Shown: positions 39,716 through 48,795 of the stretch, in pieces
Layout: each line of letters opens with the position of its first letter
Numbering within the stretch: position 1 is the stretch's first letter
From: an uncultured Candidatus Peribacteria bacterium
GTDB taxonomy: Bacteria; Patescibacteriota; Gracilibacteria; Peribacterales; Peribacteraceae
DNA: 61,499 nt
NCBI GenBank assembly: GCA_964508225.1
Contig: CAZDRX010000002.1
Location: forward strand, 9,592 to 71,090
Reading direction: 5' to 3'
The notes under the pieces: model-generated
The model's input: the letters and a program-made list of their open reading frames with translations, nothing else
Databases searched by the model: none
What the model was told of the DNA's origin: nothing
Translations under genes and position numbers: made by a program

Positions 39716-41626
39716 TTACAGCGCCTTGTAGATCCTCGGGAATGTCTCCTTCGTGGCTTCTCCACCGTCGAACACGAGCTTCCAGCTCTTGGGGTTGCAG
39801 GTACGGCTGAACCACGCGGCACGTTCGGCATTGATGACGACGAGATACGTGATCTCCAGTTCGCGGAAGGCGGCGGGAGAGCACGAGCGTTCGATGTCCG
39901 CGATGAATTTGAGTTTCTCGGGCGGGAAGCCGTCGCCGTAGAGCGGGCCGATGGCGAAGCGTCCGGTGTTCGTGGTGAAGGTCACCTGATCGAAGCCCGG
40001 CCGGACGTGGAAGTAATCCTTGAGCGTCGTATTCGCCTTCACCCACGGGACGAGCTTCTCGGAATCCGAGGGGATCATCTTCGCGAAGAGCGGGAGGATT
40101 TCGAAGTGGCGTGTCGGAAAGACCGAGCACATCGCGAAGTACGTGGCGGCGGGCAGGAGCATGGAGACAAGAACCGCGACCGCACCCCATCGTATCCACT
40201 TCTTCGTGGACACGAAGAGGGTCTCGCTGAACATCACGCCGATGAGCAGCGAGAAGAACGACGTCGCGCCCCAGAAGAGCCGGATCGCTTCGTGCGGTCT
40301 CGGGGAGAACTTGGTGAGGAGCGGAACCAGGAAGAAGGTGAGACCGATGCCGAGGAGCAAGGTCAGCTCCGGTGCGCGGCGGATGGACCGGACGCAGTAC
40401 CAGCCGAAGATGGGGAGCAGGAAGAGCGGCAGGCCGAAATCCCGGAAAAAGAGCCATTCGCCCACATAGATCCTGCGTGCGCCCCACGGTTCGAAGTACG
40501 TCGTGAGTTGGGGCATGAGGAAGCCGGCACTGTGCCCGCCGCCAAGCAGGCTGAGGATTCCTCCCTGCACAACCGTGATCACCGCCGACGGCACGAGGAT
40601 CCAGAGCGCGGTCGTGAGTGCGTCACGGAAGGGGAGCCGTGTGTTGCGTGCGATGAGGAGGACGAGGAGGAAACCGACCATACCCGTGCCGAACGCGAGC
40701 GTGCCGATTTCCATCGTGAGCGAGAGCGCGCCGCACAGGAGGATGCTTGAGAGGATCCAGAGTGTGCGCTCGCGCCGCTTCACGCATGCTTCCGTGAAGC
40801 AGTAGAGGAGTCCGTACAAAAGCGCATAGCCGATCGCGCTCGAACGGTGGTTGAAGAGGATCGAGATCGGATTCGTGATGGGGCTCCAGGTCATGTGTGC
40901 GAGCTCGCGGAAAGGCCCGTCAATCGGCACATGCAGGACGAACGCGCGGTAGAGATCGATGACGAGCGGCACGACGTTGATCCAGATGAGTCCCGTGCCG
41001 CCGATGGCGAGCACCGATCCCCAGCCGGCTGCCGTCCACGATCCTGTGATACCGAAGAGGAGCGCCGCGACGAAGAAGACGACCGCGATGGCACCCATGA
41101 ACGGTTGCGGGTTGTAGCCCGTGAGCATATCGACGCCCGTGACGGACTGGAGCGAGGCTACGAGGATCTCGGGTCCGTAGTGGTATCGAAGTCGGGACCA
41201 CGGCCCCGTCACTTCCATCGGCGGCAGGTTGCCCTCCGCCATGGTGGCCACAAGCGGGGATCGTCCCCAACTGAGGAAATCGCTCGGTACTACACGTGCT
41301 TGCGTGAAACCGACGAGTGTTGCGGTCACGAGGAGTGCGAGGAGAACGAACTTCGGCGTCTTCACGAGAGCAGTCTCCCGCTTCGGGAGACGGAGCATGA
41401 GCAGGCTTCCGAAGGCGAGGAGTGCGATAGGGGTGGCAAATGCGGCGCGGTGCGGGAGCAGGAAGCCGAGCGCGTTCGTGCTCTCCATGACGAATGCGGG
41501 TCCGAGTAGTGCACCGAAGCCCACAGCCGCGGCTTGTGTGCGTACCTTGAGGACGCGCACGGCGAAGAGATATCCCGCTGCCGCCTGCACGTAGACATAG
41601 AGCACGGCGAGGAACATCGGGAACAT
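39716..41626 (-). CDS. Large polytopic membrane protein, probable GT-C-type glycosyltransferase
   Basis: 636 aa with more than 12 TM helices plus a C-terminal soluble domain. It lies immediately downstream of a GtrB/DPM1-like GT2 gene (41627), the usual partner arrangement. Confidence 0.45.
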   Translation of the reverse strand: MFPMFLAVLYVYVQAAAGYLFAVRVLKVRTQAAAVGFGALLGPAFVMESTNALGFLLPHRAAFATPIALLAFGSLLMLRLPKRETALVKTPKFVLLALLVTATLVGFTQARVVPSDFLSWGRSPLVATMAEGNLPPMEVTGPWSRLRYHYGPEILVASLQSVTGVDMLTGYNPQPFMGAIAVVFFVAALLFGITGSWTAAGWGSVLAIGGTGLIWINVVPLVIDLYRAFVLHVPIDGPFRELAHMTWSPITNPISILFNHRSSAIGYALLYGLLYCFTEACVKRRERTLWILSSILLCGALSLTMEIGTLAFGTGMVGFLLVLLIARNTRLPFRDALTTALWILVPSAVITVVQGGILSLLGGGHSAGFLMPQLTTYFEPWGARRIYVGEWLFFRDFGLPLFLLPIFGWYCVRSIRRAPELTLLLGIGLTFFLVPLLTKFSPRPHEAIRLFWGATSFFSLLIGVMFSETLFVSTKKWIRWGAVAVLVSMLLPAATYFAMCSVFPTRHFEILPLFAKMIPSDSEKLVPWVKANTTLKDYFHVRPGFDQVTFTTNTGRFAIGPLYGDGFPPEKLKFIADIERSCSPAAFRELEITYLVVINAERAAWFSRTCNPKSWKLVFDGGEATKETFPRIYKAL

Positions 41627-42595
41627 TTACGCGTCGAGTGAAGGAGTGTTGATCATCGTATGGATATGATACGCCTGTCGCCCTTCCTGACTGAAGTAGA
41701 TCCGGATGAGCAGCTCCGCGAGCAGCCCCATGAGGATGAAGAGCGCGCCAACCGTAAGAAGGAAGACGCTGAGGAGCGGGAGTGGTGTTCCGACGAAGTC
41801 GCGGACAGCCATGAGCTTGAGCACGACGGCGACGACACCCGCGACGAATCCGCCGGACATGAACAGCACACCGAAGCCGCCGAAGAAGTGCATGGGGCGG
41901 CTGATGTAGGTGTGGAGGAATTTCACGGTGAAGAGATCGAGGATCACCCGCAGTGTCCGGTCGATGCCGTAGTGGGACTTCCCGTGCTGACGCGGGTTGT
42001 GGTGCACCGGAAGCTCCGCCACTTTCGCGCCGTGCCACGCCGCAAACACGGGCATGAAGCGGTGCATCTCGCCGTAGAGCGGCACACCCTCCAGATACTC
42101 GCGCTTGTAGACCTTGAGCGTGCAGCCGAAGTCCGAGATGCGCACGCCGGTGACATGGGAGATCAGACGGTTGGCGATGCGGGAGGGGATGGTCTTGAGC
42201 AGATTGTCCTGTCGCGACTTCCTCCAGCCCGAGACGACGTCGAATCCTTCCTCCATCTTCTTCAGCATCGCGGGGACATCGGCGGGATCATTCTGCAGAT
42301 CGGAGTCCAGCGTCACGATGTACGGCGCGCGGCTCGTGCGGATACCGATGCTCATTGCGGCCGTCTGGCCGAAGTTACGGCGGAACTGCACGGCACGCAC
42401 ATTGCTGTCGCCCTGCGCGATCTTCGTGATCTCGGCGAAGCTCCCGTCCGTCGATCCGTCATCGACGAAAATGACTTCATAGGTGTATCCCTGCTGCCTG
42501 CAGACCTCGCGGATCTTCGCGTAGAGCTCAGGAAGGTTCTTCTCCTCGTTATGGACGGGGAGCACGAAGGCCAGCGAGTAGGAGCCCGTATTCAC
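41627..42595 (-). CDS. GT2 polyprenol-phosphate glycosyltransferase (GtrB/ArnC/DPM1-like)
   Basis: LAFVLPVHNEEKNL...VIFVDDGSTDGS...TLDSDLQNDP...two C-terminal TM helices: the canonical family layout. Confidence 0.8.
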   Translation of the reverse strand: MNTGSYSLAFVLPVHNEEKNLPELYAKIREVCRQQGYTYEVIFVDDGSTDGSFAEITKIAQGDSNVRAVQFRRNFGQTAAMSIGIRTSRAPYIVTLDSDLQNDPADVPAMLKKMEEGFDVVSGWRKSRQDNLLKTIPSRIANRLISHVTGVRISDFGCTLKVYKREYLEGVPLYGEMHRFMPVFAAWHGAKVAELPVHHNPRQHGKSHYGIDRTLRVILDLFTVKFLHTYISRPMHFFGGFGVLFMSGGFVAGVVAVVLKLMAVRDFVGTPLPLLSVFLLTVGALFILMGLLAELLIRIYFSQEGRQAYHIHTMINTPSLDA

Positions 42596-42609
42596 CGCCT
42601 CATCCTAAG

Positions 42610-43089
42610 CTAATTTGCCGTTTCAAGCGAGACGGGCTTGATGAACGGGAGGACGGTTTCGCGCACGAACGGGTCGCGGAAACGCCAGATGAAGGAATCG
42701 ATGTAGAAGTGGATGATCATGAGCCCCATGACGATATTGGGGAGCACCCGGAACATGACGGTGCTCTGCTCGGTGACTCCCCACCGCAGCCCCGCCATCC
42801 CCACGGCGTAGGCCACGATGGCCCCGATGATGTAGAGGTAGTTGCTGGAGACCTGATGCAGGAGGCCGTTCTCCTTCGCGTACGGCGTGCTTCCCGCATA
42901 CTTGTTGATATTGATGAGCCACACGAGCCCGATGTACTGCATGTAGTGGGCGATGAGCGACGTGAGTGTCGCGATCTCCATCTGGTAGATATCGAGGAGG
43001 ATCGCGCTCGCGTACACGTATGGGGAGTACATGAGGATGGATGTGAGCAGGAACACGGTCTTCGGGAGCGAGTTCTTCGGGCGCTTCAT
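42610..43089 (-). CDS. Hypothetical membrane protein (159 aa), downstream half of a split/coupled pair
   Basis: Start MKRPKNSL overlaps the stop of the upstream gene as ATGA (43086-43089). Contains 4 TM helices and HFYIDSFIWRFRDP. Confidence 0.5.
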   Translation of the reverse strand: MKRPKNSLPKTVFLLTSILMYSPYVYASAILLDIYQMEIATLTSLIAHYMQYIGLVWLININKYAGSTPYAKENGLLHQVSSNYLYIIGAIVAYAVGMAGLRWGVTEQSTVMFRVLPNIVMGLMIIHFYIDSFIWRFRDPFVRETVLPFIKPVSLETAN

Positions 43090-43676
43090 GTACTGGAGCG
43101 CGACGCGCAGCGTTCCCGTGACGGCGACCACACGAAGAGCACACTCATGCCGATGTGCGCGTACGGCAGCACGGGGCCGACCAGATTCACGATGTAGGGG
43201 AGCTTGAGGGCGCCGAACGATCCGAAGAAGAGCGACCACGCGTACACGGTGAAGTTCTCGGTCTTCCTCACTTCCGGCTCACGCTCGCCGTTTCGGACGC
43301 GGTACAGCTGCAGGATCCCGGTGTTCTGCTTGGCCACGTGGTAGAGCGATGCGACGGCCACGACGATGACGATGACGGTCTGCGCGTAGTATCCGACGAC
43401 GAGTGAGACGAGCATGATGGCCACCGGCATCACGTAGTACACGAGCGCGTGCTTGGCGTAGTGCTCGCGGTTCTTGCGGTCGAAGTAGATGAACCATGTG
43501 GAACCGAAGTGCGTCTGCGCGAACACCACCCACACGATGGCGGTGATGAGGAACGCGTGCGCGGGGGCGATGGTGAGCGACAGGAAGTAGAGGACACCCA
43601 GGATGACGGGGCACAGGAAGAACACGAGATCGAAATTCCGGCTGATCACCCACTGGGTCGGCTGTACGTTGAACAT
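43086..43676 (-). CDS. Hypothetical membrane protein (197 aa), upstream half of a split/coupled pair
   Basis: Start MFNVQPTQW. TM helices with His-containing motifs (AQTHFGSTW, SLYHVAKQNTG). The last roughly 15 aa (WSPSRERCASRSST) look out of frame. Confidence 0.5.
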   Translation of the reverse strand: MFNVQPTQWVISRNFDLVFFLCPVILGVLYFLSLTIAPAHAFLITAIVWVVFAQTHFGSTWFIYFDRKNREHYAKHALVYYVMPVAIMLVSLVVGYYAQTVIVIVVAVASLYHVAKQNTGILQLYRVRNGEREPEVRKTENFTVYAWSLFFGSFGALKLPYIVNLVGPVLPYAHIGMSVLFVWSPSRERCASRSST

Positions 43677-43803
43677 GCGCCCTACGGTACCAGCGAGGCT
43701 CAGTGCGGTACAGAGTCCTCCAAGCCTCAAATTGAATCAGGGCGGGTCTTCTTGTACGCTCCGTCCCGTGAACCAGACTCCCACTACACAGTCACCCGCC
43801 GGC

Positions 43804-44478
43804 ATGAGTGCCGACGATTTCCGTTCGTGGAATGAATCGATGTCCCGCAAGTATCACCCCGACGACTACCATTCGTCCTCGAGTGCCATCGTCCGCTGGA
43901 TCGAGCGCAGCCGCGTGTGTGAGATCTTCCGTCAGCTCGGCTGCGAGAAGGATCACCGCGTGCTGGAAGTGGGTGTGGGAGTCGGCACCATCCTCGCGCA
44001 GATTCCGTCGAAGACCCGCGCAGGCATCGACTTGAGTTCCCACTACCTCAGTTTCGCGCGGCAGCGTCTGCCGTCCGATGTGCAGCTCATCGAAGGCAAC
44101 GCCGAGGAACTCACGAAGCACTTTCCGCCAGCGTCGTTCGACCGTATCTACTCGAGCGAAGTGATTGAGCACGTCCAGCATCCGGATCGTGTGATCGCAG
44201 GCATGAAGGCGCTCCTCGCCCCCGGCGGTCGCATCGTGATCTCGGTGCCGAATGAACGCCTCATCGATCAGTGCAAGGCGCTCGTCCGTCGTCTCGGACT
44301 CTTCCGTCTCTTCTTTCCCAAGCTTGAGAGCTGCAGCGAGGGCAACGAGTGGCACCTCCACATCTTCACGCCCAAGGATATTCAGAAGCTCTTCACCGAT
44401 GCCGGCCTCACGATGGAGAAGCTCAAGGGCGCTCCGTACAGTTTTCTGCCGCTCCGGTACATCGCGAGCGGTCGCTGA
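43804..44478 (+). CDS. Class I SAM-dependent methyltransferase (Methyltransf_11-like)
   Basis: Start MSADDFRSW. Motif I is VLEVGVGVGTIL; also FDRIYSSEVIEHV and LAPGGRIVISVPN. Confidence 0.7.
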   Translation: MSADDFRSWNESMSRKYHPDDYHSSSSAIVRWIERSRVCEIFRQLGCEKDHRVLEVGVGVGTILAQIPSKTRAGIDLSSHYLSFARQRLPSDVQLIEGNAEELTKHFPPASFDRIYSSEVIEHVQHPDRVIAGMKALLAPGGRIVISVPNERLIDQCKALVRRLGLFRLFFPKLESCSEGNEWHLHIFTPKDIQKLFTDAGLTMEKLKGAPYSFLPLRYIASGR

Positions 44479-44487
44479 GCATCATGC

Positions 44488-45129
44488 TCAGGACTTCCGG
44501 ATCGTCATGAAGTACCTCGCATAGTTCACCGTGTGCGGTGAGCCTTCTTCGTGCAGCCGCGCGCTCATCATCTTCATCACGTTCGGGTGGCTCATGGGGC
44601 CATTCGCGCGGATCTCGCCTGTGGGTTTCAGTCTCGCGAGTGCCTGCTTCACGATGCGGCCGAGCATCTCTGCTTCCGCTCTGTCTCGCTCGGGACGTGA
44701 TACGGAGCGACTCAGTTTGTCCGTGAGCGCGATGCAGAGGCTTTCAGGGAACAGGATCAGGTCGAACATCGGTGTCTCCGGCCACACTCCTGTCATATCG
44801 AACGCGAGCTTCTGCATGCCGCCTTCCACGTTCAGGATGTCCCGCAGCATGTCTGCGACGGTGATGTGGGATGCCGGTACGCCGAGGTGGATGAGCACGC
44901 GTTCGAGTGCGGCGGGGTAGGCGCCGACACTGAGGAGCTTCCCCGTCCTGAGCGTCGTGAGGTCCGCTTCCGTGATGAGCCCCGTCTCCGCGTGGTGGCT
45001 GGGGGCGTAGAGCCATGCGTACTCACCTTCATTCCGCATGCGCGATGTGTCGTCTGGATCGAGAAGGTCTCGGAAGAGCTTCGTTTCACATTCCCGGATG
45101 CGCGCGATGAAAGGGGAGTCCTTCTCCAT
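44488..45129 (-). CDS. Hypothetical protein (possible degenerate Rossmann/methyltransferase-like fold)
   Basis: 213-aa ORF. KLLSVGAYPAALE, FDLILFPESL and LKPTGEI are spaced like methyltransferase motifs I, II/III and post-III but lack the Gly-rich loop. Confidence 0.4.
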   Translation of the reverse strand: MEKDSPFIARIRECETKLFRDLLDPDDTSRMRNEGEYAWLYAPSHHAETGLITEADLTTLRTGKLLSVGAYPAALERVLIHLGVPASHITVADMLRDILNVEGGMQKLAFDMTGVWPETPMFDLILFPESLCIALTDKLSRSVSRPERDRAEAEMLGRIVKQALARLKPTGEIRANGPMSHPNVMKMMSARLHEEGSPHTVNYARYFMTIRKS

Positions 45130-45169
45130 GCCGTTATCCTGAAGCCCGCAGCGCAGGAGTCAAGATTCT

Positions 45170-46063
45170 TCATCTGAGCTTCATCTCGGTCACTCCCTTC
45201 GTGCTCACGATGAGGTGCGAGATGTTCTCGCCGTACTCCTCCTTTCCTCCTGCGATGTCATCGGTGAGGTCATGTGCAGCGCCCACGAGCAGATGCACGA
45301 TCCTGAGCTTGGCTTGCCGTACGAGCTTCACGAAGTGTGCGTCACGCGCCGTCATCACGTGCTGTTCGTACTCCTCTTTCGTGCCCCACTGCTCCGCCCA
45401 TTCGGCTTTGGCGTCCAGCTCGGGATCTTCGGCGGCAAGCAGCTCAATCTTCTTCTGGCTCGCGAGACTGTACCCCGCTCCGAGCCTCGCGAGTGTGGAG
45501 AGGCGTACCTGCCGCTGCTCCCGCCCGAAGCGCACAATCTGGTACACCGGAGACTGCATGTTCCGAAGCACATTCAGTTCCTCATCCACGCGCTCCCGCG
45601 AGGGTGCGATGTCCTGCCCCACTCCGAACGGAATGACCGTCGTGAATTTCCTCTCGATGAGTTCGCGGTGGATCGCGCGGTACCCTTCCATCTGATCCGC
45701 CACTCTGCCTTCCACGAGCCCCTCGTGCATCAGGTGATCGAGCCCGCTCTCGGGCAGCTCGTACACCGACTGCATGCCGGTGAGCAGCTCCTCATTGATC
45801 CTCTCGAGCTCAGGACATTGCTCCTTGGTGAGCCCGCGGCAGAAGTGCATCCATCTCCACTGCACGAGGCCGGTGTCCGGATTCTCCACGAACCGCTCCT
45901 CGATCTTGGCCCCTTCCGATACGCCACGGAGCTTCTCGGCAATCGCCTTCAGCGTGTCATTGATGCCCTTCTTCTCCGGTTCACCGCCAAGAGCGCCCGT
46001 GGCGGCCAGAGCCACACCACCGAACGCCGCTTGCAGGAATTCTCTCCGGTTCTGCATCAGCAC
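45170..46063 (-). CDS. Tat-signal hypothetical exported protein
   Basis: N-terminal MQNRREFLQAAFGGVALAATGALG is a classical twin-arginine signal. The C-terminal LLVGAAHDL is weakly reminiscent of the TraB/GumN/ChaN (Tiki) superfamily. Confidence 0.55.
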   Translation of the reverse strand: MLMQNRREFLQAAFGGVALAATGALGGEPEKKGINDTLKAIAEKLRGVSEGAKIEERFVENPDTGLVQWRWMHFCRGLTKEQCPELERINEELLTGMQSVYELPESGLDHLMHEGLVEGRVADQMEGYRAIHRELIERKFTTVIPFGVGQDIAPSRERVDEELNVLRNMQSPVYQIVRFGREQRQVRLSTLARLGAGYSLASQKKIELLAAEDPELDAKAEWAEQWGTKEEYEQHVMTARDAHFVKLVRQAKLRIVHLLVGAAHDLTDDIAGGKEEYGENISHLIVSTKGVTEMKLR

Positions 46064-46113
46064 CCGACTCTAGCGCCTTCGCACACGCCAAGGAAAGAAT
46101 CTTCCGAGTTACC

Positions 46114-46731
46114 CTATTTCCTTGGCTTCCACTCGACGATAGATCCGAGTCGCCGTTCCATCTTGTCCGCACGGCGCAGCATCTTCCTCTGTGCAGGCAT
46201 CGTGAGTTCATAGTGCCGCACGGAGTCGACGTACTGCGGGATCTGGAAGAGTTCTTCCTCCGAAGTCACCCATCCGTCCTTATCGAAGCGCGAGAGGTCG
46301 ACGGGATGTGAGTACCACCTGAGCACCTTGTAGCCTTTCGTATCCGTGTACTCGTGGAAGTACGACATCACGAGCTCACGGAGTGTCCTGTAGACCGGAT
46401 CGCGGTACCGCACCACACCGTGATTCGTCTTGCTGATCGCTCCCCAGTGGCCTTTCACTTTGAATGGCGTCACCACGTGATCGTCGTCTTTGCTCGCTAC
46501 CTTGAGGTCCATCACGAGCGGCGGATGGCCGATGAGCCGGAGCGCGAGTGCGGCGAACATCGCGCCTTCCATGCAGTGAGCGGTGCGGTGCTTGAGCACT
46601 CTGCGCGGAGACATGCACGTTTCGCCGTGTACTTCGAAATTGGTCGGCAGCGTATCGAGGAAGTCCTGAATCTTCACCGGAGTCGCGAGGGGCTTCAGGA
46701 TGCGGAGCTCGGAGGGGGAGAGGCCGTACAT
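46114..46731 (-). CDS. Conserved hypothetical protein, possible transglutaminase/papain-like Cys-His fold
   Basis: Start MYGLSPSELRIL. AHCMEGAMFAALAL and DDDHVVTPF...WGAISKTNH are suggestive of a Cys/His pair. Function not established. Confidence 0.45.
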   Translation of the reverse strand: MYGLSPSELRILKPLATPVKIQDFLDTLPTNFEVHGETCMSPRRVLKHRTAHCMEGAMFAALALRLIGHPPLVMDLKVASKDDDHVVTPFKVKGHWGAISKTNHGVVRYRDPVYRTLRELVMSYFHEYTDTKGYKVLRWYSHPVDLSRFDKDGWVTSEEELFQIPQYVDSVRHYELTMPAQRKMLRRADKMERRLGSIVEWKPRK

Positions 46732-46779
46732 GGGAGGGAGTGTAGCGGGTGGGCTAGAAATCGTCTCGCGACTGCTACA

Positions 46780-47031
46780 ATGTCCCTCATGTGGCCCTTC
46801 CAAAAAAAGAAGAAGGTGAAAAAACTAAAACGAGGAGCAATTCCTTACGTTTTTCTTCTAGTGGGATTTTTCGGCGCAACACTTACTGATGAGGTGATCA
46901 ATATTCTTCATGAGATCGCGATAGAAGGCGGCCCTCAAGTGTTTTTTTATCATTCAATGGGCATTCTCATTGCGTGGGTGCTCGTGGTTGTCGGAACAAT
47001 GAAAATGATCGAGGGACTTTATGAAGAATAA
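46780..47031 (+). CDS. Small membrane protein (83 aa), lower GC than flanks
   Basis: MSLMWPFQKKKKVKKLKRG followed by two hydrophobic helices; visibly AT-richer than neighbouring genes. Confidence 0.4.
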   Translation: MSLMWPFQKKKKVKKLKRGAIPYVFLLVGFFGATLTDEVINILHEIAIEGGPQVFFYHSMGILIAWVLVVVGTMKMIEGLYEE

Positions 47032-47115
47032 GGGTGGAGAGTTTGGAAAAGTTGGAACCAGTCGCAACAGATGATTATGGCTTGCTTGAGGCGCTCCGAA
47101 GCAGTGGCCGCTCTT

Positions 47116-47541
47116 CTACTTGCTTAGATCAAACTCAACCGTCCATTCAATCCCATATTTGTCCCTGAACATGGCAAAGTATGAACCCGGGGCACTGTCG
47201 TCGGGTGAGCATTCAACACTTCCACCCTTCGAAAGACCTTTGAAGATTTTTTCCGCCTCTTCGCGGCTGTCCGCGCTGACGGCGATCTTCGACCTGTTCT
47301 CGTTCTCATTCACACGTCCCAGTACTTCCGGCACGTCATTGGCCATCAGAACGTTTTTCCCGATGGGCAATGTGATGCTCATGATTTTCCGCTCATCATT
47401 CTTGGACACCGGAAACTCCGGGCTCGAGAGGTCTCCAAAACGGACAATTTTTCCAAATTCTCCGCCAAAGACGGATTTGTAAAACGTAAACGCCTCCTCG
47501 GCATTTCCATTGAAGTTGATGTACGGATTGATGGTGGGCAT
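47116..47541 (-). CDS. VOC/glyoxalase-superfamily protein, PhnB-like (3-demethylubiquinone-9 methyltransferase-domain type)
   Basis: Start MPTINPYINFNGNAEEAFTFYKSVFGGEF...; ends FAMFRDKYGIEWTV. Typical PhnB-like pattern. Confidence 0.6.
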   Translation of the reverse strand: MPTINPYINFNGNAEEAFTFYKSVFGGEFGKIVRFGDLSSPEFPVSKNDERKIMSITLPIGKNVLMANDVPEVLGRVNENENRSKIAVSADSREEAEKIFKGLSKGGSVECSPDDSAPGSYFAMFRDKYGIEWTVEFDLSK

Positions 47542-47707
47542 AGGCGCATCGTACACAGCGGGACTGAAAGAGGGAATGGCGCAGATGCCCCTCCTCGAAA
47601 AACACCTTGAGACACAATCTGAATCCGATCCGTAGCGATTGCTTGACATCACACAGCGCAGAAGGAAAGATCCCCAACATACTTTCTTTTCCCTCCTCTT
47701 TCATTTT

Positions 47708-48517
47708 ATGAACACAAAACTCCTGTCCGCAGTCGCTGGTGTGGCCATGTTCCTGAACGCAACCACTGCGCTTGCCAGCCCTCCACGTGCCGATCTCCAG
47801 GTGCAGTTGCAGGCACCCTCCAGCGTACAGATCTCCACAGCTACCACGTACACAGCCACGGTGAAGAACCTCGGCCCGGCCACGACGAATGTGAGCCTGG
47901 TGATCGAGTTCCCTCTGACGGACACCAGCCCGACAGTCGCCATCCTTGGCACGGTCACGGAATCAGACTCCCGCTGTTCCATCGTATCGAACAAGATCAC
48001 GTGTGCCTTCAGCGGCCTGAAGAAGAACAATTCAGTGACCGTCAATTACTTGTACACGGCTCCTGTATCGACCAAGTCGCTCGGGATGAAAGCAATCGCG
48101 AGTTCGTCCGTTACCGATCCGAACACGGGCAACAATATGGCGACGGTTGTGCCGAACCTCGTGTATCCGGTTCGCAACATCACCTCCGCAACAGTCCTGA
48201 ATTCTCACTGTACGGGCACGAATCTGACATCGTACTTCGAGTGCGCGCTCTTCCCGAGTTCTATCTCCACGCACATCGCTACGTTCAATGCGGATCAGAC
48301 CATCACGCTCACAGAGCCCGGTTACGCCGGTACGTGGTCCCAGAATGCGGCCAAGACGACGCTGTTCTTTGAGTACACGGAGGCGAGTGGCTCCGGCAGC
48401 TCTGCGATCGCTCAGTTCAATGGTTTCGCCATCAATGGCAGCAACTGCTTCGATGGTCTGACGACGTTCATCCCCGCCACGACGTACGTCAGTCCGTACC
48501 GCGTCTGTCTTCAGTAA
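47708..48517 (+). CDS. Secreted DUF11-domain protein
   Basis: Signal peptide MNTKLLSAVAGVAMFLNATTALA, then ADLQVQLQAPSSVQISTATTYTATVKNLGPATTNVSLVIEFP (DUF11 pattern). Confidence 0.65.
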   Translation: MNTKLLSAVAGVAMFLNATTALASPPRADLQVQLQAPSSVQISTATTYTATVKNLGPATTNVSLVIEFPLTDTSPTVAILGTVTESDSRCSIVSNKITCAFSGLKKNNSVTVNYLYTAPVSTKSLGMKAIASSSVTDPNTGNNMATVVPNLVYPVRNITSATVLNSHCTGTNLTSYFECALFPSSISTHIATFNADQTITLTEPGYAGTWSQNAAKTTLFFEYTEASGSGSSAIAQFNGFAINGSNCFDGLTTFIPATTYVSPYRVCLQ

Positions 48518-48533
48518 ATACGTCTATGTTCAA

Positions 48534-48565
48534 AAAGCCCTGCGAACGTCGTGGGGCTTTTTTTG
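48534..48565 (+). terminator. Intrinsic terminator
   Basis: AAAGCCC-loop-GGGCTTT followed by TTTTT. Confidence 0.65.
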
Positions 48566-48795
48566 TAACTACGGAGAAGTGGTGGAGCATTCAGGGTTAA
48601 TTCCGAACCATCTCCGTTTTTTACTCGGGATGTAACAGATATTCTAGAAATGCTCCTAAAGCTCGATTACTCGCTGCATACACTTATAGAACTGCTGGAG
48701 AAACCCCGAGATATAAAACGATTTGCGATCCTCTAACTCGGATGCGTCAAAGAGCTTTCGGAAGTAATTCCGAACTTTGTGGATAATAGAATATA

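Noticed and set aside
48572-48622. Possible tRNA gene (T-arm-like hairpin plus ...CTCCACCA-like end)
   Set aside because: Only a 3'-half-like fragment is present. There are no D-arm, anticodon arm or full acceptor pairing, so it is interpreted as a tmRNA-3'-end remnant rather than a functional tRNA.
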